Assembly: GCA_965226375.1 (NCBI GenBank)
Contig: CBDDCX010000007.1
Location: 32,001-96,000 of the forward strand
From: Longimicrobiales bacterium
Lineage (GTDB): Bacteria > Gemmatimonadota > Gemmatimonadetes > Longimicrobiales > Gaopeijiaceae
Direction of reading: 5' to 3'
Length of the DNA stretch: 64,000 bases
Position 1 is the stretch's first letter, and the number at the start of each line of letters is the position of its first letter. Below the pieces are notes generated by a model. The model saw nothing but the letters and a program-made list of their open reading frames with translations. It was not told the origin of the DNA and searched no databases. This document shows, piece by piece, positions 17,842 to 30,268 of the stretch. The translations under genes were made by a program, and so were the position numbers.

Positions 17842-19559
17842 ACGTCCAAGCCTGGACCTTCATCCTCGTAGGACTCTCCTTTGCCCTCTATATCGCGGTG
17901 GCCATCTGGTCGCGCGCACACTCCACCAAGGAGTTCTACGTAGCCGGCACCAGTGTCTCACCCCTGGCCAACGGCATGGCCACCGCCGCCGACTGGATGT
18001 CTGCCGCGTCGTTCATTTCGATGGCCGGCCTCATCTCGTTTCGCGGATACGACGGCTCGGTCTATCTCATGGGATGGACCGGCGGGTACGTGCTCTTGGC
18101 CCTTCTGCTGGCTCCCTACCTCCGAAAGTTTGGCGCCTACACAGTGCCCGACTTCGTGGGTGACCGTTACTACTCCCAAACGGCCCGCATCGTGGCGGTC
18201 GTGTGCGCCATCTTCGTGTCATTCACCTACGTGGCCGGCCAGATGAGAGGTGTCGGGATCGTCTTTGGGCGGTTCCTCGAGGTCCCGGTGGAGATCGGCG
18301 TGATGATCGGCATGGGCATCGTGCTCTTCTACGCCGTGCTCGGAGGGATGAAGGGCATCACCTACACGCAGGTGGCTCAATACTGTGTGTTGATCTTCGC
18401 GTACCTGGTCCCGGCGATCTTCCTGTCCCTCCTCATCACGGGCCACGCGATCCCGCAGTTGGGCTTCGGCGGAGTGGACCAGGCGAGCGGGACCTTCTTG
18501 CTCGATCGACTGAACGGCCTCCATGACGAGCTGGGTTTCGCTCCTTATACGTCCGGAGCCAAGTCCACCATCGACGTGTTCGCCATCACGGCCGCCCTCA
18601 TGGCGGGGACGGCCGGGCTTCCGCACGTCATGGTTCGTTTCTACACGGTACCCAAGGTTCGAGACGCACGTCTCAGCGTGGGGTGGGCGCTGGTCTTCAT
18701 CGCCATCCTCTATACGGCGGCGCCCGCCGTGGCCGTATTCGCACGCGCCAATCTGCTGAACACCGTCTCGGAGCAACCGTACCAGGCGATGCCGGACTGG
18801 TTCTCCAAGTGGGAGGACACCGGCCTCATCACCTTCGACGACAAGAACGGCGACGGGCTCATCCAGTTCGTGGGACCAAACGCAGTCGACGCCGGTGGAA
18901 CCGCCGTCGAAAACGAGCTCACCATCGATCAGGACATCATAGTCCTGGCCAATCCGGAGATCTCGGGCCTTCCGAATTGGGTGATCGGGCTCGTGGCTGC
19001 GGGTGGATTGGCCGCCGCCCTTTCCACCGCGGCGGGGCTTCTCCTGGTGGTCTCTTCTGCCGTGAGCCACGACCTGCTCAAGCGAGGATTCAAACCTGAC
19101 ATCACTGAACGGGGCGAGCTCATCGCCGCACGCGTGAGCGCCGCGGCCGCCGTTCTCGTGGCCGGCTATCTCGGCATCAACCCGCCCGGCTTCGTCGCGG
19201 AGGTGGTGGCGTTCGCCTTCGGGCTCGCGGCGGCATCGTTCTTCCCGGCGTTCATCTTGGGGATCTTCTCCAAACGCATGAACAGGGAGGGGGCCGTGCT
19301 CGGGATGATCTGCGGCATCTCCCTGACGGCCGGCTACATCGTCTACTTCAAGTTCGTGAACCCCGCCGACAACACGGCCGAGCACTGGTGGCTCGGGATC
19401 TCGCCCGAAGGGATCGGTACCGTGGGTATGCTCGTCAACTTCGCCGTGGCATTGACCGTCTCCCGCTTTACGCCCCCACCCCCGGCCAAGATCGCACATC
19501 TGGTCGACATGATCCGTGTGCCCAAAGGCGCAGGCGAGGCGCACGAGATCAGCGCGTAA
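17838..19559 (+). CDS. Sodium:solute symporter (ActP-like cation/monocarboxylate symporter)
   Basis: NGMATAADWMSAASFIS, GWTGGY, GGMKGITYTQVAQY, GTAGLPH, AAALSTAAGLL; about 13 TM helices. Confidence 0.93.
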   Translation: MNVQAWTFILVGLSFALYIAVAIWSRAHSTKEFYVAGTSVSPLANGMATAADWMSAASFISMAGLISFRGYDGSVYLMGWTGGYVLLALLLAPYLRKFGAYTVPDFVGDRYYSQTARIVAVVCAIFVSFTYVAGQMRGVGIVFGRFLEVPVEIGVMIGMGIVLFYAVLGGMKGITYTQVAQYCVLIFAYLVPAIFLSLLITGHAIPQLGFGGVDQASGTFLLDRLNGLHDELGFAPYTSGAKSTIDVFAITAALMAGTAGLPHVMVRFYTVPKVRDARLSVGWALVFIAILYTAAPAVAVFARANLLNTVSEQPYQAMPDWFSKWEDTGLITFDDKNGDGLIQFVGPNAVDAGGTAVENELTIDQDIIVLANPEISGLPNWVIGLVAAGGLAAALSTAAGLLLVVSSAVSHDLLKRGFKPDITERGELIAARVSAAAAVLVAGYLGINPPGFVAEVVAFAFGLAAASFFPAFILGIFSKRMNREGAVLGMICGISLTAGYIVYFKFVNPADNTAEHWWLGISPEGIGTVGMLVNFAVALTVSRFTPPPPAKIAHLVDMIRVPKGAGEAHEISA

Positions 19560-19730
19560 GCACGGGCATCCGCCAGGTGGTTCTCGGCAGGACTGGCGAC
19601 TGGGTGCTCCGAGCCACTCCGCAGCCCATATTGGTTGAATGGCCGGCGCAAAGATGCAACTGCAATGCGGTTGGCCTGCTGAAGACGAGAAGAGGCTGCC
19701 TAAGGCGCAACACACCAGGAGTGGACCAGA

Positions 19731-20039
19731 ATGGACGACGAGACCGCGGGAACCGAGCGTCAAATCAGTGGAGACGCCGGAGGCAAGAAAGAGGAGCACA
19801 AGGTCAGCGGCGACAAGGTGATCGGTAAGATCAAGGAGCTGATCCACCAAGGGAACGTGCGCCGGATCATCATCAAGAACGAGGAGGGAAGGTCCCTGAT
19901 CGAGATACCCCTATCCGTCGGCGTCGTGGGTGCCGTACTGGCTCCCATGTGGGCGGCGATAGGAGCCGTCGCCGCTCTGGTCACGAGCTGCTCGATCGAG
20001 GTGGAGAGGGAGCCGGATTCGGAGGACGCCGAGGAGTAG
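19731..20039 (+). CDS. DUF4342 domain protein
   Basis: KIKELIHQGNVRRIIIK..LIEIPL..CSIEVER. AGGAG RBS upstream. Confidence 0.88.
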   Translation: MDDETAGTERQISGDAGGKKEEHKVSGDKVIGKIKELIHQGNVRRIIIKNEEGRSLIEIPLSVGVVGAVLAPMWAAIGAVAALVTSCSIEVEREPDSEDAEE

Positions 20040-20080
20040 AACCCGCGGTTCGACCGAGGCGGGAGTGTTTTGTGAGGGTA

Positions 20081-20116
20081 TTGACAAAATATTATGTCGC
20101 GACAATATTATCTGAC
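20081..20116 (+). promoter_or_regulatory. Putative sigma70 promoter (-35 TTGACA) overlapped by a palindromic operator and a second degenerate copy
   Basis: TTGACA at 20081-20086. GACAAAATATTATGTC (20083-20098, 14/16 self-complementary) and GACAATATTATCTGAC (20101-20116) form an AT-rich patch upstream of an HTH regulator. Confidence 0.65.
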
Positions 20117-20151
20117 GCCACGCACCATTAAGGTTTCAGAGAGAAGAGTCC

Positions 20152-20769
20152 ATGCAGGAAGCCGTCGCCCTCATCGACCGGACCGACTCGGCCGCAGCCC
20201 TCCTCAGTCCGGTTCGGATCCGAATCCTGGAGCTCCTTCGCGAACCGGCATCCGCCGCCGCCGTCGCACGCGAATTGGATGTTCCCCGACAACGGGTGAA
20301 CTACCACGTGAAGGAGCTGGAACGATCAGGCCTCCTTCGGCCGGTCGGGGAGCGTCGTAAGGGCAACCTTGTCGAGAAGCTCGTCCAGGCCACGGCGCGC
20401 TACTATCTGATCGCTCCCCAGGCGCTCGGAGATCTGGGCCCCACCCTGGACCGCGCACAAGATCGGCTCTCGAGCGCCTATCTGATCGGCATGGTGTCCG
20501 AGGCGATCCGAGACGTCGCGACGCTCCGTGAACGTGCGTCGCAGGCCGGAAAGAAGCTCGCCACGTTTTCCCTGGACGCGGAAGTCCGCTTTGCGGACGC
20601 GGTCGCCCAGAACGCCTTCGCGGAGGAACTGGCCACGTGTCTGGCGCACCTTGCCCAGAAGTACGACGACCGAGACGCCCACGGAGGACGGCGCTTTCGC
20701 TTCTTGCTCGCCGGCTACCCGGCGGTCGGGCCCGGCATCCCCCAAGACGCACAACTTTCCGAGGATTAG
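20152..20769 (+). CDS. ArsR-like winged-helix transcriptional regulator
   Basis: LLSPVRIRILELLREPASAAAVARELDVPRQRVNYHVKELERSGL..ERRKGNLVE. Confidence 0.9.
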   Translation: MQEAVALIDRTDSAAALLSPVRIRILELLREPASAAAVARELDVPRQRVNYHVKELERSGLLRPVGERRKGNLVEKLVQATARYYLIAPQALGDLGPTLDRAQDRLSSAYLIGMVSEAIRDVATLRERASQAGKKLATFSLDAEVRFADAVAQNAFAEELATCLAHLAQKYDDRDAHGGRRFRFLLAGYPAVGPGIPQDAQLSED

Positions 20770-20773
20770 CACG

Positions 20774-21409
20774 ATGATGACCCACACCCGTCAAGCACCC
20801 CGAGCGCTCGCGATCCTACCCGCCCTGCTCCTCTTGGCCATGCCTGCGGCAGCGGCCCAGGTGGATCTCCCCGAGGGGATGACCCGTGCCGAGATGGCCG
20901 ACATTCAGCGTCGACTGGCCGTGGCCGCACAGCCGGGGGAGGAACACGCGCTCATGGCGACCCTCGCCGGCGAGTGGGATCAGGTGCTGAGACTGACCCC
21001 CGCACCCGGAGCCGAGGTCATGACAATGGAGGGAATCGCCACCAGCGTGATGGTCTTGGGAGGGCGTTTCCTCCAGACCGAGTCGACCCTGCACCTTCCC
21101 GGAGTCGAGGGTGGCAGCCTGTCACTGCTGGGTTTCGACCGGAGATCCGACGAGTTCAACACAGTGGGAATGGACACCGAGGGCACCTACTGGGTGACCG
21201 CTACGGGCACGTACGACGAGGAGGCCCGGATCATCACCATGTCGGGTGAGGACTACGATCCCATCTTCGGCCATCTCCAGGAATACGAGTTTCGTATGCG
21301 CCTCGTGGACGACGACATCTACGTCACGGAGATCTGGTTCAAGGACGCCGTCCATACCCGAGGCGGGCCCCCCTTCATGATGATCGAGATCACGTCGACG
21401 CGGCGCTGA
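20774..21409 (+). CDS. DUF1579 family secreted protein
   Basis: Signal peptide, PGEEH..LAGEW, LGGRFL, GFD. Confidence 0.8.
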   Translation: MMTHTRQAPRALAILPALLLLAMPAAAAQVDLPEGMTRAEMADIQRRLAVAAQPGEEHALMATLAGEWDQVLRLTPAPGAEVMTMEGIATSVMVLGGRFLQTESTLHLPGVEGGSLSLLGFDRRSDEFNTVGMDTEGTYWVTATGTYDEEARIITMSGEDYDPIFGHLQEYEFRMRLVDDDIYVTEIWFKDAVHTRGGPPFMMIEITSTRR

Positions 21410-21436
21410 CGCTCCAAGACCGAGGAATCCAGAACG

Positions 21437-22345
21437 ATGAGCGACCCGACGGAGAAGCAAAGCACCCGTTCCATCGAGCTAGAGATCGAGATCGAAGCCA
21501 CGCCCGATGCCGTGTGGAAGGCACTCTCCGAAGGCGAAGAGGTGCGTCGTTGGTTCTCACCGGAGGCACGGGTGACCCCCGGGGTCGGAGGCTCCATCTG
21601 GCTCTCGTGGGGAGAGGGAGTCGCGGGCGAGGGAGCCATCGACATCTGGGAGCCCGGACGACGCATTCGCTGGATCGAATCGTGGGGCTCGGCCGGCGAC
21701 GCGGACGGAGACGGAGACGAGACGAACTCCGCGGCGACCACCGACGCGGCCGGAGGTGAGCCGACCTCCGAAGAGACCGACGTGTCGGCCGAATCATCCC
21801 CCATCATTCAGACCGCCGTCGACTTCCACATCGAGACCCGTGGAGGATCCACGGTCGTCCGTCTCGTGCACTCGGGCTTCTCCGCTTCGGCCGACTGGGA
21901 CGAATACTACGACGCCACCGTGGCCGGTTGGACGTATTTCTTGTGGAACCTGGCCTTTTATGTCGAGCGGCACTTCGGCACGCCCCGGACCATGGTGTCC
22001 GAACGCCGGAGCACGACCCGTGGTTTCGAGGACGTATGGAACGAGCTTCTGGGATCGTCCGGCCTTGCCCTAGAAGGACTCGAGGGACTGACCGCCGGTG
22101 ATCGCCTGACCGTCACGCTCGGCGATCGGACGTTGGTGGGTGACGTGAAGTACGTACGCCATCCTCGCAACCTGGCAGGAACGTTGAAGGAACTGAACGA
22201 CGGACTCCTCTTCGTGGAGATGGAGCCGAGCGGCGGCGAGACCTGGAGTTGTGGTGTGTGGATTTCCGCCTACGGCGTGGCTGAAGCGGAGACGACAGCC
22301 CTTCAGGCCCAACTGACCGCGCTTGTAGATCGGGTGTTCAGTTGA
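21437..22345 (+). CDS. SRPBCC/AHSA1 domain protein
   Basis: IEIEATPDAVWKAL..RWF..WEPGRR..TVVRLVHSGF..GW..L. Confidence 0.88.
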   Translation: MSDPTEKQSTRSIELEIEIEATPDAVWKALSEGEEVRRWFSPEARVTPGVGGSIWLSWGEGVAGEGAIDIWEPGRRIRWIESWGSAGDADGDGDETNSAATTDAAGGEPTSEETDVSAESSPIIQTAVDFHIETRGGSTVVRLVHSGFSASADWDEYYDATVAGWTYFLWNLAFYVERHFGTPRTMVSERRSTTRGFEDVWNELLGSSGLALEGLEGLTAGDRLTVTLGDRTLVGDVKYVRHPRNLAGTLKELNDGLLFVEMEPSGGETWSCGVWISAYGVAEAETTALQAQLTALVDRVFS

Positions 22346-22376
22346 CATACGGGCTCCGGTACAGCATACCCACGGG

Positions 22377-23822
22377 ATGTCGGAGCCCAATACTGACCAC
22401 GCCACGTTCGACCTCGCCCCGGATGATTTCGCTCGGTTGGGAAAGCGCCTCACCGAGCTGATGCTCGAGGCCTTCGCGGCCGAACGCTCCGATCCCGTAC
22501 TCCAGCCGATCTCGGGCCCCGAGCTTCGAGCCCTGTTGGACGAGCCCCTGCCCCAGCAGGGCTCCACGCCGGACGACATCATGTCGCAGTGGCAAGACCA
22601 CGTGCTCCCCTACTGCCGCCGCAACGGTCACCCCCGTTTCTTCGGCTACGTCTGCACCACGGCTGACCCCATGGGGGTCCTGGCCGACGCGATGGCTTCA
22701 GCTCTGAACCAACCCGTCACGGCCTGGCGCTCGGCGCCCGCAGCGACGGAGATCGAGCGGCTCGCGGTGCGGTGGCTCGACGCGCTCGTGGGCTTCGGGG
22801 GTGAGGGTAGCGGGCTGCTCGTGAGCGGTGGTTCGTCCGCAAATTTTCAGGGGATGGCATGTGCGGTGACGCGCGCCGAGAAACGGGCGGGGCTGCCGGC
22901 AGGGTCGAGGCATCGACTTGCCATCTACCTGTCCAAGGAGGGGCACGTATCGATGCGGAAGGCGGCCCAACTCCTGGGCTTGCCTCCGGGCCAAGTCCAT
23001 CTTCTCGGCATCGATGCTCAGCGTCGGGTGCGCCCCGACGATCTCCGACGTGCCTTGGAAGCGGATCTGGCGGACGGCCTCGTCCCGGCCATGGTCGGCG
23101 TGTCCGCCGGAACGGCGAACACCGGGGCCATCGACCCCCTGGACGACGCAGCGGATATCGCCGAAGAGTATGGGGTGTGGCTCCACATAGACGGAAGCTA
23201 CGGGGCTCCCGCGGTCATTACCGAGGAATACGCCTGGATGGCCCGCGCCTTCTCGAGGGCCGACTCCATGTCGCTGGATCCGCACAAATGGCTCTTCGCG
23301 CCGACGGATGCCGGCTGCATCCTGATTCGGGACGACGAAGACGCCAAGAGGGCCTTTACCCTCTTCAGCGAGTATACGGAGATCACCCAGACGGATCCCA
23401 TCGAACGTTATGCCCTCTTCGATCGAGGCTTGGAGATGTCGCGCCGGTTTCGGGGCCTGAAGGTCTGGACGATCTTGAAGGCCCGTGGAGTCGAAGGGCT
23501 TCGCGGAGCCATCACCCACGACATCGCCCTCCGACGGCATCTGGACCGGAGGGTCGCGGATCACCCCCGCCTCGAATCCCTGGGCTCCGAACTGAGCATC
23601 GCGTGCTTTCGTTATGTGCCCGAGCGAGCCGAGAGCGAGGAGGCCGTCGACGAAGTCAACCGGAAGATCCTGGAGACACTCGTGAGCGAAGGTCGTTGCT
23701 ATATGTCTCCTACCACCTTGGAGGGGCGTTACTCTCTTCGCGCCTGCATTGTGAGCTTCCGCACCCAGGTGAGCGACGTGGACTTCCTGGTGGATGAAGT
23801 GCTGCGGGTCGGGGACAGCTGA
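22377..23822 (+). CDS. Group II PLP-dependent decarboxylase (aromatic amino acid / glutamate / DAB decarboxylase family)
   Basis: HPRFFGY, GGSSAN, AGTANTGAIDPL, WLHIDGSYG, ADSMSLDPHKWL (PLP Lys), SRRFRGLKVW. Confidence 0.93.
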   Translation: MSEPNTDHATFDLAPDDFARLGKRLTELMLEAFAAERSDPVLQPISGPELRALLDEPLPQQGSTPDDIMSQWQDHVLPYCRRNGHPRFFGYVCTTADPMGVLADAMASALNQPVTAWRSAPAATEIERLAVRWLDALVGFGGEGSGLLVSGGSSANFQGMACAVTRAEKRAGLPAGSRHRLAIYLSKEGHVSMRKAAQLLGLPPGQVHLLGIDAQRRVRPDDLRRALEADLADGLVPAMVGVSAGTANTGAIDPLDDAADIAEEYGVWLHIDGSYGAPAVITEEYAWMARAFSRADSMSLDPHKWLFAPTDAGCILIRDDEDAKRAFTLFSEYTEITQTDPIERYALFDRGLEMSRRFRGLKVWTILKARGVEGLRGAITHDIALRRHLDRRVADHPRLESLGSELSIACFRYVPERAESEEAVDEVNRKILETLVSEGRCYMSPTTLEGRYSLRACIVSFRTQVSDVDFLVDEVLRVGDS

Positions 23823-23826
23823 GAAG

Positions 23827-26265
<2,439 letters not shown>

Positions 26266-26324
26266 TGCGGGCTGCGCGATTCGATCCGGTGAGGCCACTC
26301 CACGGAGAGGGTCGGTAGGGACGG

Positions 26325-26987
26325 ATGGCCGACGTCGCCGAGCCCGAGAGTCCCGAGACAGAGGGCGCCGAGCCCAAGCTTCGTTGGTGGGCCAAGGGCC
26401 TTCTTTTCGAGAATTGCAACTGCCAGGTGGTGTGCCCGGGGCACATGCACTTCTCCAACAACTGCACCCACGAACGCTGCATCGGCTACTGGGCCCTGCG
26501 GGTGGACGAAGGCACATACGGAGCGGTCGACCTCGCCGGATTGTGTGCCGTTATCGCCTACGATTGTCCTCAACACATGATCTCGGGCGGTTGGACCGAG
26601 GTGCTCATCGTGGACGCCGCCGCTTCCAGTGAGCAGCGCGCCGCGGCCGTGGCCATCCTGACCGGCCAAGCGGGGGGGCCCTGGGAGGTCCTCGACCGAT
26701 TCGTGGAGCGAAGGCTCCCTACCCGCTCGCTCCCGATCGACATCGCCGACGAGGGCGCCGTAAAGCGAGTTGCCATCGAAGGACTCATGGAGGCCACGGT
26801 CGAGAACATCCGGGGGAGGGACCTGGATCAGCCGGTCACGTTCGAGAACATCTTCAATCAGATCCACGATTCCACCCAGGTGATCGCCACGGGCAACACC
26901 ACCTACGACGACGGTGAAATCGTCATCACGAACGAGGGCTCCCACGCCCTCTACTCCGACTTCGACTGGGCCGTGGACGGGGCGTGA
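26325..26987 (+). CDS. DUF1326 domain protein
   Basis: FENCNC..CP..C motif, G.YG.VDL.GL, EQRAA..ILTG..GGP. Confidence 0.9.
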   Translation: MADVAEPESPETEGAEPKLRWWAKGLLFENCNCQVVCPGHMHFSNNCTHERCIGYWALRVDEGTYGAVDLAGLCAVIAYDCPQHMISGGWTEVLIVDAAASSEQRAAAVAILTGQAGGPWEVLDRFVERRLPTRSLPIDIADEGAVKRVAIEGLMEATVENIRGRDLDQPVTFENIFNQIHDSTQVIATGNTTYDDGEIVITNEGSHALYSDFDWAVDGA

Positions 26988-27667
26988 TCGAGATGGACCT
27001 CATCCCGGCGGACATCTTCCCACACCGCGCAGGCTTCTTAGCCACGACCGCCATGTGGATGCTCATGATGGTGGTCATGATGCTCCCGGGCGTGCTTCCA
27101 TGGCTCGCCGGCTTCGCCGCATTGTCACGCGACCGGGCGTCCGGCTCCATGCGACGTACTTGGGTGGCACTGTTCGGCCTCGGGTACTTCACCACGTGGT
27201 CGGCTTTCAGCGTTGTCGGGGCTTCGCTCCAGATGGGCCTACGATCGTGGGGGCTCCTGGGGGGGTCGGACCTGGCGGGATCGGCCTTCGGCGCGCCAGC
27301 GGCGGCGGCAGCGTTGGGCGGGCCGTTAGCCGGCATCGTGCTCGTGGGGGCCGGACTCTATCAGGTGACACCTTCGAAGGCCGCTTGCCTCGAGCATTGC
27401 CGAACCCCGCTGAGCTTCTTCCTTTCGCGCTGGAGAAACGGCCCTGTCGGAGCGTTCCGTATGGGCGTTTCCCATGGGGCCTACTGTGTGGGCTGCTGCT
27501 GGGCACTCATGCTGACCGGCTTCGCTCTCGGGGTGATGAATCTCGTGTGGATGGCGGTACTCACGGTCGTGATCGCCGTGGAGACTCTCGCACCCCGAGG
27601 TGACCAGATCGGTAGGGTCGCGGGGACGGCACTCGTGGTATGGGGATTGATCCTCCTGATATCTTAG
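26984..27667 (+). CDS. DUF2182 family predicted metal-binding membrane protein
   Basis: W..MM..MM.P, GLYQVTP.K.ACL.HCR.P, G.YCVGCCWALM, GVMNL.WM. Confidence 0.92.
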   Translation: MIEMDLIPADIFPHRAGFLATTAMWMLMMVVMMLPGVLPWLAGFAALSRDRASGSMRRTWVALFGLGYFTTWSAFSVVGASLQMGLRSWGLLGGSDLAGSAFGAPAAAAALGGPLAGIVLVGAGLYQVTPSKAACLEHCRTPLSFFLSRWRNGPVGAFRMGVSHGAYCVGCCWALMLTGFALGVMNLVWMAVLTVVIAVETLAPRGDQIGRVAGTALVVWGLILLIS

Positions 27668-27766
27668 GGCCGCCGCCTGGACGGTCGCGGAGCGCGTCGC
27701 TGAGCATCCGAGAAGTCGCTCACTCGCTTCGGGACATCAAACTCGAACTCGCCCTGATCCCCGAAC

Positions 27767-29515
27767 ATGTCAAAGAAGCCCAAGGTCACCGGAGCCAGCC
27801 TCCGCAACGCGTTTCATGAGATCATCTGGCCCCGCCGGAAGCTCATCGCCTTCGGTATCTTTCTCATTCTGCTCAACCGGCTGAGTGGGCTCGTCCTGCC
27901 GGCCTCCACCAAGTACCTCATCGACGACGTACTCGGGCAAGGGCAGGTCGATCTCCTCTTCAAGCTCATGGGCATACTGGCCGTGGCCATAGGTGTCCAG
28001 GCGGGGTCGGCGTTCCTCCTCACACTGTTACTCAGCGTCGAAGCCCAGCATCTCATTGCGAACCTTCGTGCTCAGGTGCAGAAGCACGTACTCGACCTGC
28101 CGATCCGGACGTTCGACAACTCGAAGACCGGAGAGCTCGTGTCGAGGATCATGGACGACGTCGAGGGCGTGCGAAACCTGGTCGGTACCGGACTCGTGCA
28201 GTTGGTAGGTGGCACGGTCACGGTGGTGGTCGCCCTTACCTTCCTGTTGCGCATCGACATGGTCATGACACTGCTGGCCCTGGTCCCGTTGGCGCTCTTC
28301 GGGATCGTAGCGACCAAAGCCTTCAAGACGCTGCGGCCGGCGTTCCGCGAACGTGGAGAGATCCGGGCCGAAGTCACCGGGCGCCTTACCGAAGCCCTAG
28401 GCGGGATCAGGGTCATCAAGGGCTTCCACGCCGTCGAGAAGGAAGGCGAGATCTTCGAAGCCGGTGTGCTCCGCATCTTCGAGAATGTGAAGACCACACT
28501 TAAAACGTCGAGCACCGTCACCAGCCTGGGGACATTTTTCATCGGGCTGGCGAGTGTCATGCTTCTGGGGTACGGCGGCCGACTGATCCTCCAAGACTCA
28601 CTCACACTTGGAGAGCTCTTTTCCTTCACGCTCTTCATGGGCTTCCTGGTGGGCCCCATCGTTCAAATGTCCAACATCGGGACCCAGATGACGGAGGCGT
28701 TCGCGGGGCTCGACCGTACGGCTGAACTGCTCTCCTGGCCCCGGGAAGACGACGACCCTGCTCGGACGCACATCATGCCCCCGATCGAGGGCCACGTGAT
28801 CTTCGAAGACGTGTGCTTCGCATACGATGAGGACAAACCGGTCCTCAGGGGCATCAGCTTCGACGCGGAGCCCGGGACCGTCATCGCCTTGGTCGGCAGC
28901 TCGGGCTCGGGGAAGTCCACCCTGGCCGGCCTAGCCGCCACGTTCCTCACGCCCGACACCGGCCGGGTGTTGGTCGACGGGATCGACCTGGCCACGGTCA
29001 ACCTCGCCAGCTACCGCGAGCAGCTCGGTCTGGTGCTACAGGACGACTTCCTGTTCGACGGGACCATCCGAGAGAACCTCCTCTTCGCACGCGCGAACGC
29101 CCCGGACACCGACCTGCAAGGGGCTGCGGAGCAAGCACATGTGACCGAGTTCACCGATCGCTTTCCGGAGGGTCTCGATACCGTGATCGGCGAGCGGGGG
29201 GTGAAGCTCTCCGGGGGTCAACGCCAGAGGGTGACCATCGCCCGGGCGATACTGTCGAACCCGCGGATCCTCCTACTGGACGAGGCCACGTCGAGCCTCG
29301 ATACCGAGAGCGAGGCACTCATCCAGGAGAGCCTGGCTCAACTGCTCCAGGGCAGGACCACCGTCGTCATCGCCCACCGCCTCTCGACCATTCAGCGGGC
29401 CGATATGATTCTGGTCGTCGAGGATGGGCAGATCGTGGAGCGAGGACGCCACGAGGAGCTGATCGCCGTGGACGGGCGCTATCACCAGCTATACACGCTG
29501 CAGGCGAGGATTTAG
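27767..29515 (+). CDS. ABC exporter, fused permease + ATP-binding (MsbA/MdlB-like)
   Basis: TM domain, Walker A GSSGSGKST, LSGGQRQR, LLLDEATSSLD, IAHRLST. Confidence 0.95.
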   Translation: MSKKPKVTGASLRNAFHEIIWPRRKLIAFGIFLILLNRLSGLVLPASTKYLIDDVLGQGQVDLLFKLMGILAVAIGVQAGSAFLLTLLLSVEAQHLIANLRAQVQKHVLDLPIRTFDNSKTGELVSRIMDDVEGVRNLVGTGLVQLVGGTVTVVVALTFLLRIDMVMTLLALVPLALFGIVATKAFKTLRPAFRERGEIRAEVTGRLTEALGGIRVIKGFHAVEKEGEIFEAGVLRIFENVKTTLKTSSTVTSLGTFFIGLASVMLLGYGGRLILQDSLTLGELFSFTLFMGFLVGPIVQMSNIGTQMTEAFAGLDRTAELLSWPREDDDPARTHIMPPIEGHVIFEDVCFAYDEDKPVLRGISFDAEPGTVIALVGSSGSGKSTLAGLAATFLTPDTGRVLVDGIDLATVNLASYREQLGLVLQDDFLFDGTIRENLLFARANAPDTDLQGAAEQAHVTEFTDRFPEGLDTVIGERGVKLSGGQRQRVTIARAILSNPRILLLDEATSSLDTESEALIQESLAQLLQGRTTVVIAHRLSTIQRADMILVVEDGQIVERGRHEELIAVDGRYHQLYTLQARI

Positions 29516-29558
29516 GGAACATCACAGGGGATCGCAGCCGCGGTCTACCCCGCCCGCC

Positions 29559-29575
29559 AGATCCGGTGCGGATCT
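29559..29575. terminator. Hairpin between convergent genes, possible terminator
   Basis: AGATCCG-GTG-CGGATCT; no U-tract. Confidence 0.3.
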
Positions 29576-29590
29576 CATCTGAGGCGCGGT

Positions 29591-30115
29591 TTACTCCAAA
29601 CGACGTAGGGTAGTCACCCGAGTCTCGTCCGAGACCTCACGAATCACCCGCACTCGGTCTTCCGCGAACTCGAGCCGGTACTCGTACGTAGCCTCACCGC
29701 TCATGGTGTTCGGACTCTTGGCGATATCGATTCTGATCACCAGGCGGTCGCCCACCACCTCGTAGGGACCGCCGTGGGCGTGGAAGACGTCGAATGCGGC
29801 GAGACGCTCCAGTTCAGTGGTGGTGTCCGTGAAGTCGGGTCGCGGCCCCGATTCGCGGATCTCCTGCACGCCATAGTAGCGCTCGGTAAATACATAGCGC
29901 TCCACTTCGGGGTTGCGGTTCACCCATGACAAGTCGCCCCTTTGGTAGGAGCGCTCGATGACCTCCCAGGCGCCGGTGAGGGGGGTGGGCGGGTTGGGGG
30001 CGAAGGCGTTGGGGGCGACGGCCGTTCGTTCACCTCCGACGGTGGACATCGGTGATCGTGTCGCGAAACTCCCAACGAAGGTCAAAGCCAGTAGGGTCAC
30101 TGCACGGATCATCAT
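29591..30115 (-). CDS. Hypothetical secreted protein (lipocalin-like beta-barrel)
   Basis: Signal peptide, LTGAW, F.AH.G.Y, terminal TLRRLE. AGGAG RBS before the ATG. Confidence 0.65.
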   Translation of the reverse strand: MMIRAVTLLALTFVGSFATRSPMSTVGGERTAVAPNAFAPNPPTPLTGAWEVIERSYQRGDLSWVNRNPEVERYVFTERYYGVQEIRESGPRPDFTDTTTELERLAAFDVFHAHGGPYEVVGDRLVIRIDIAKSPNTMSGEATYEYRLEFAEDRVRVIREVSDETRVTTLRRLE

Positions 30116-30268
30116 GTGGATCTCCTGGGCCGGTTGGAACGTGCCGGAGAGTAGCATGGGATGGGACGGGTGAACGAACCAGTCCCATCCAGCTATGGAC
30201 AGCTTTGACGGGGACGCAGCCATGAGGGTCCGGGAGCACCCCTGAATCGGCCCGGCAACGGGCTCCTG

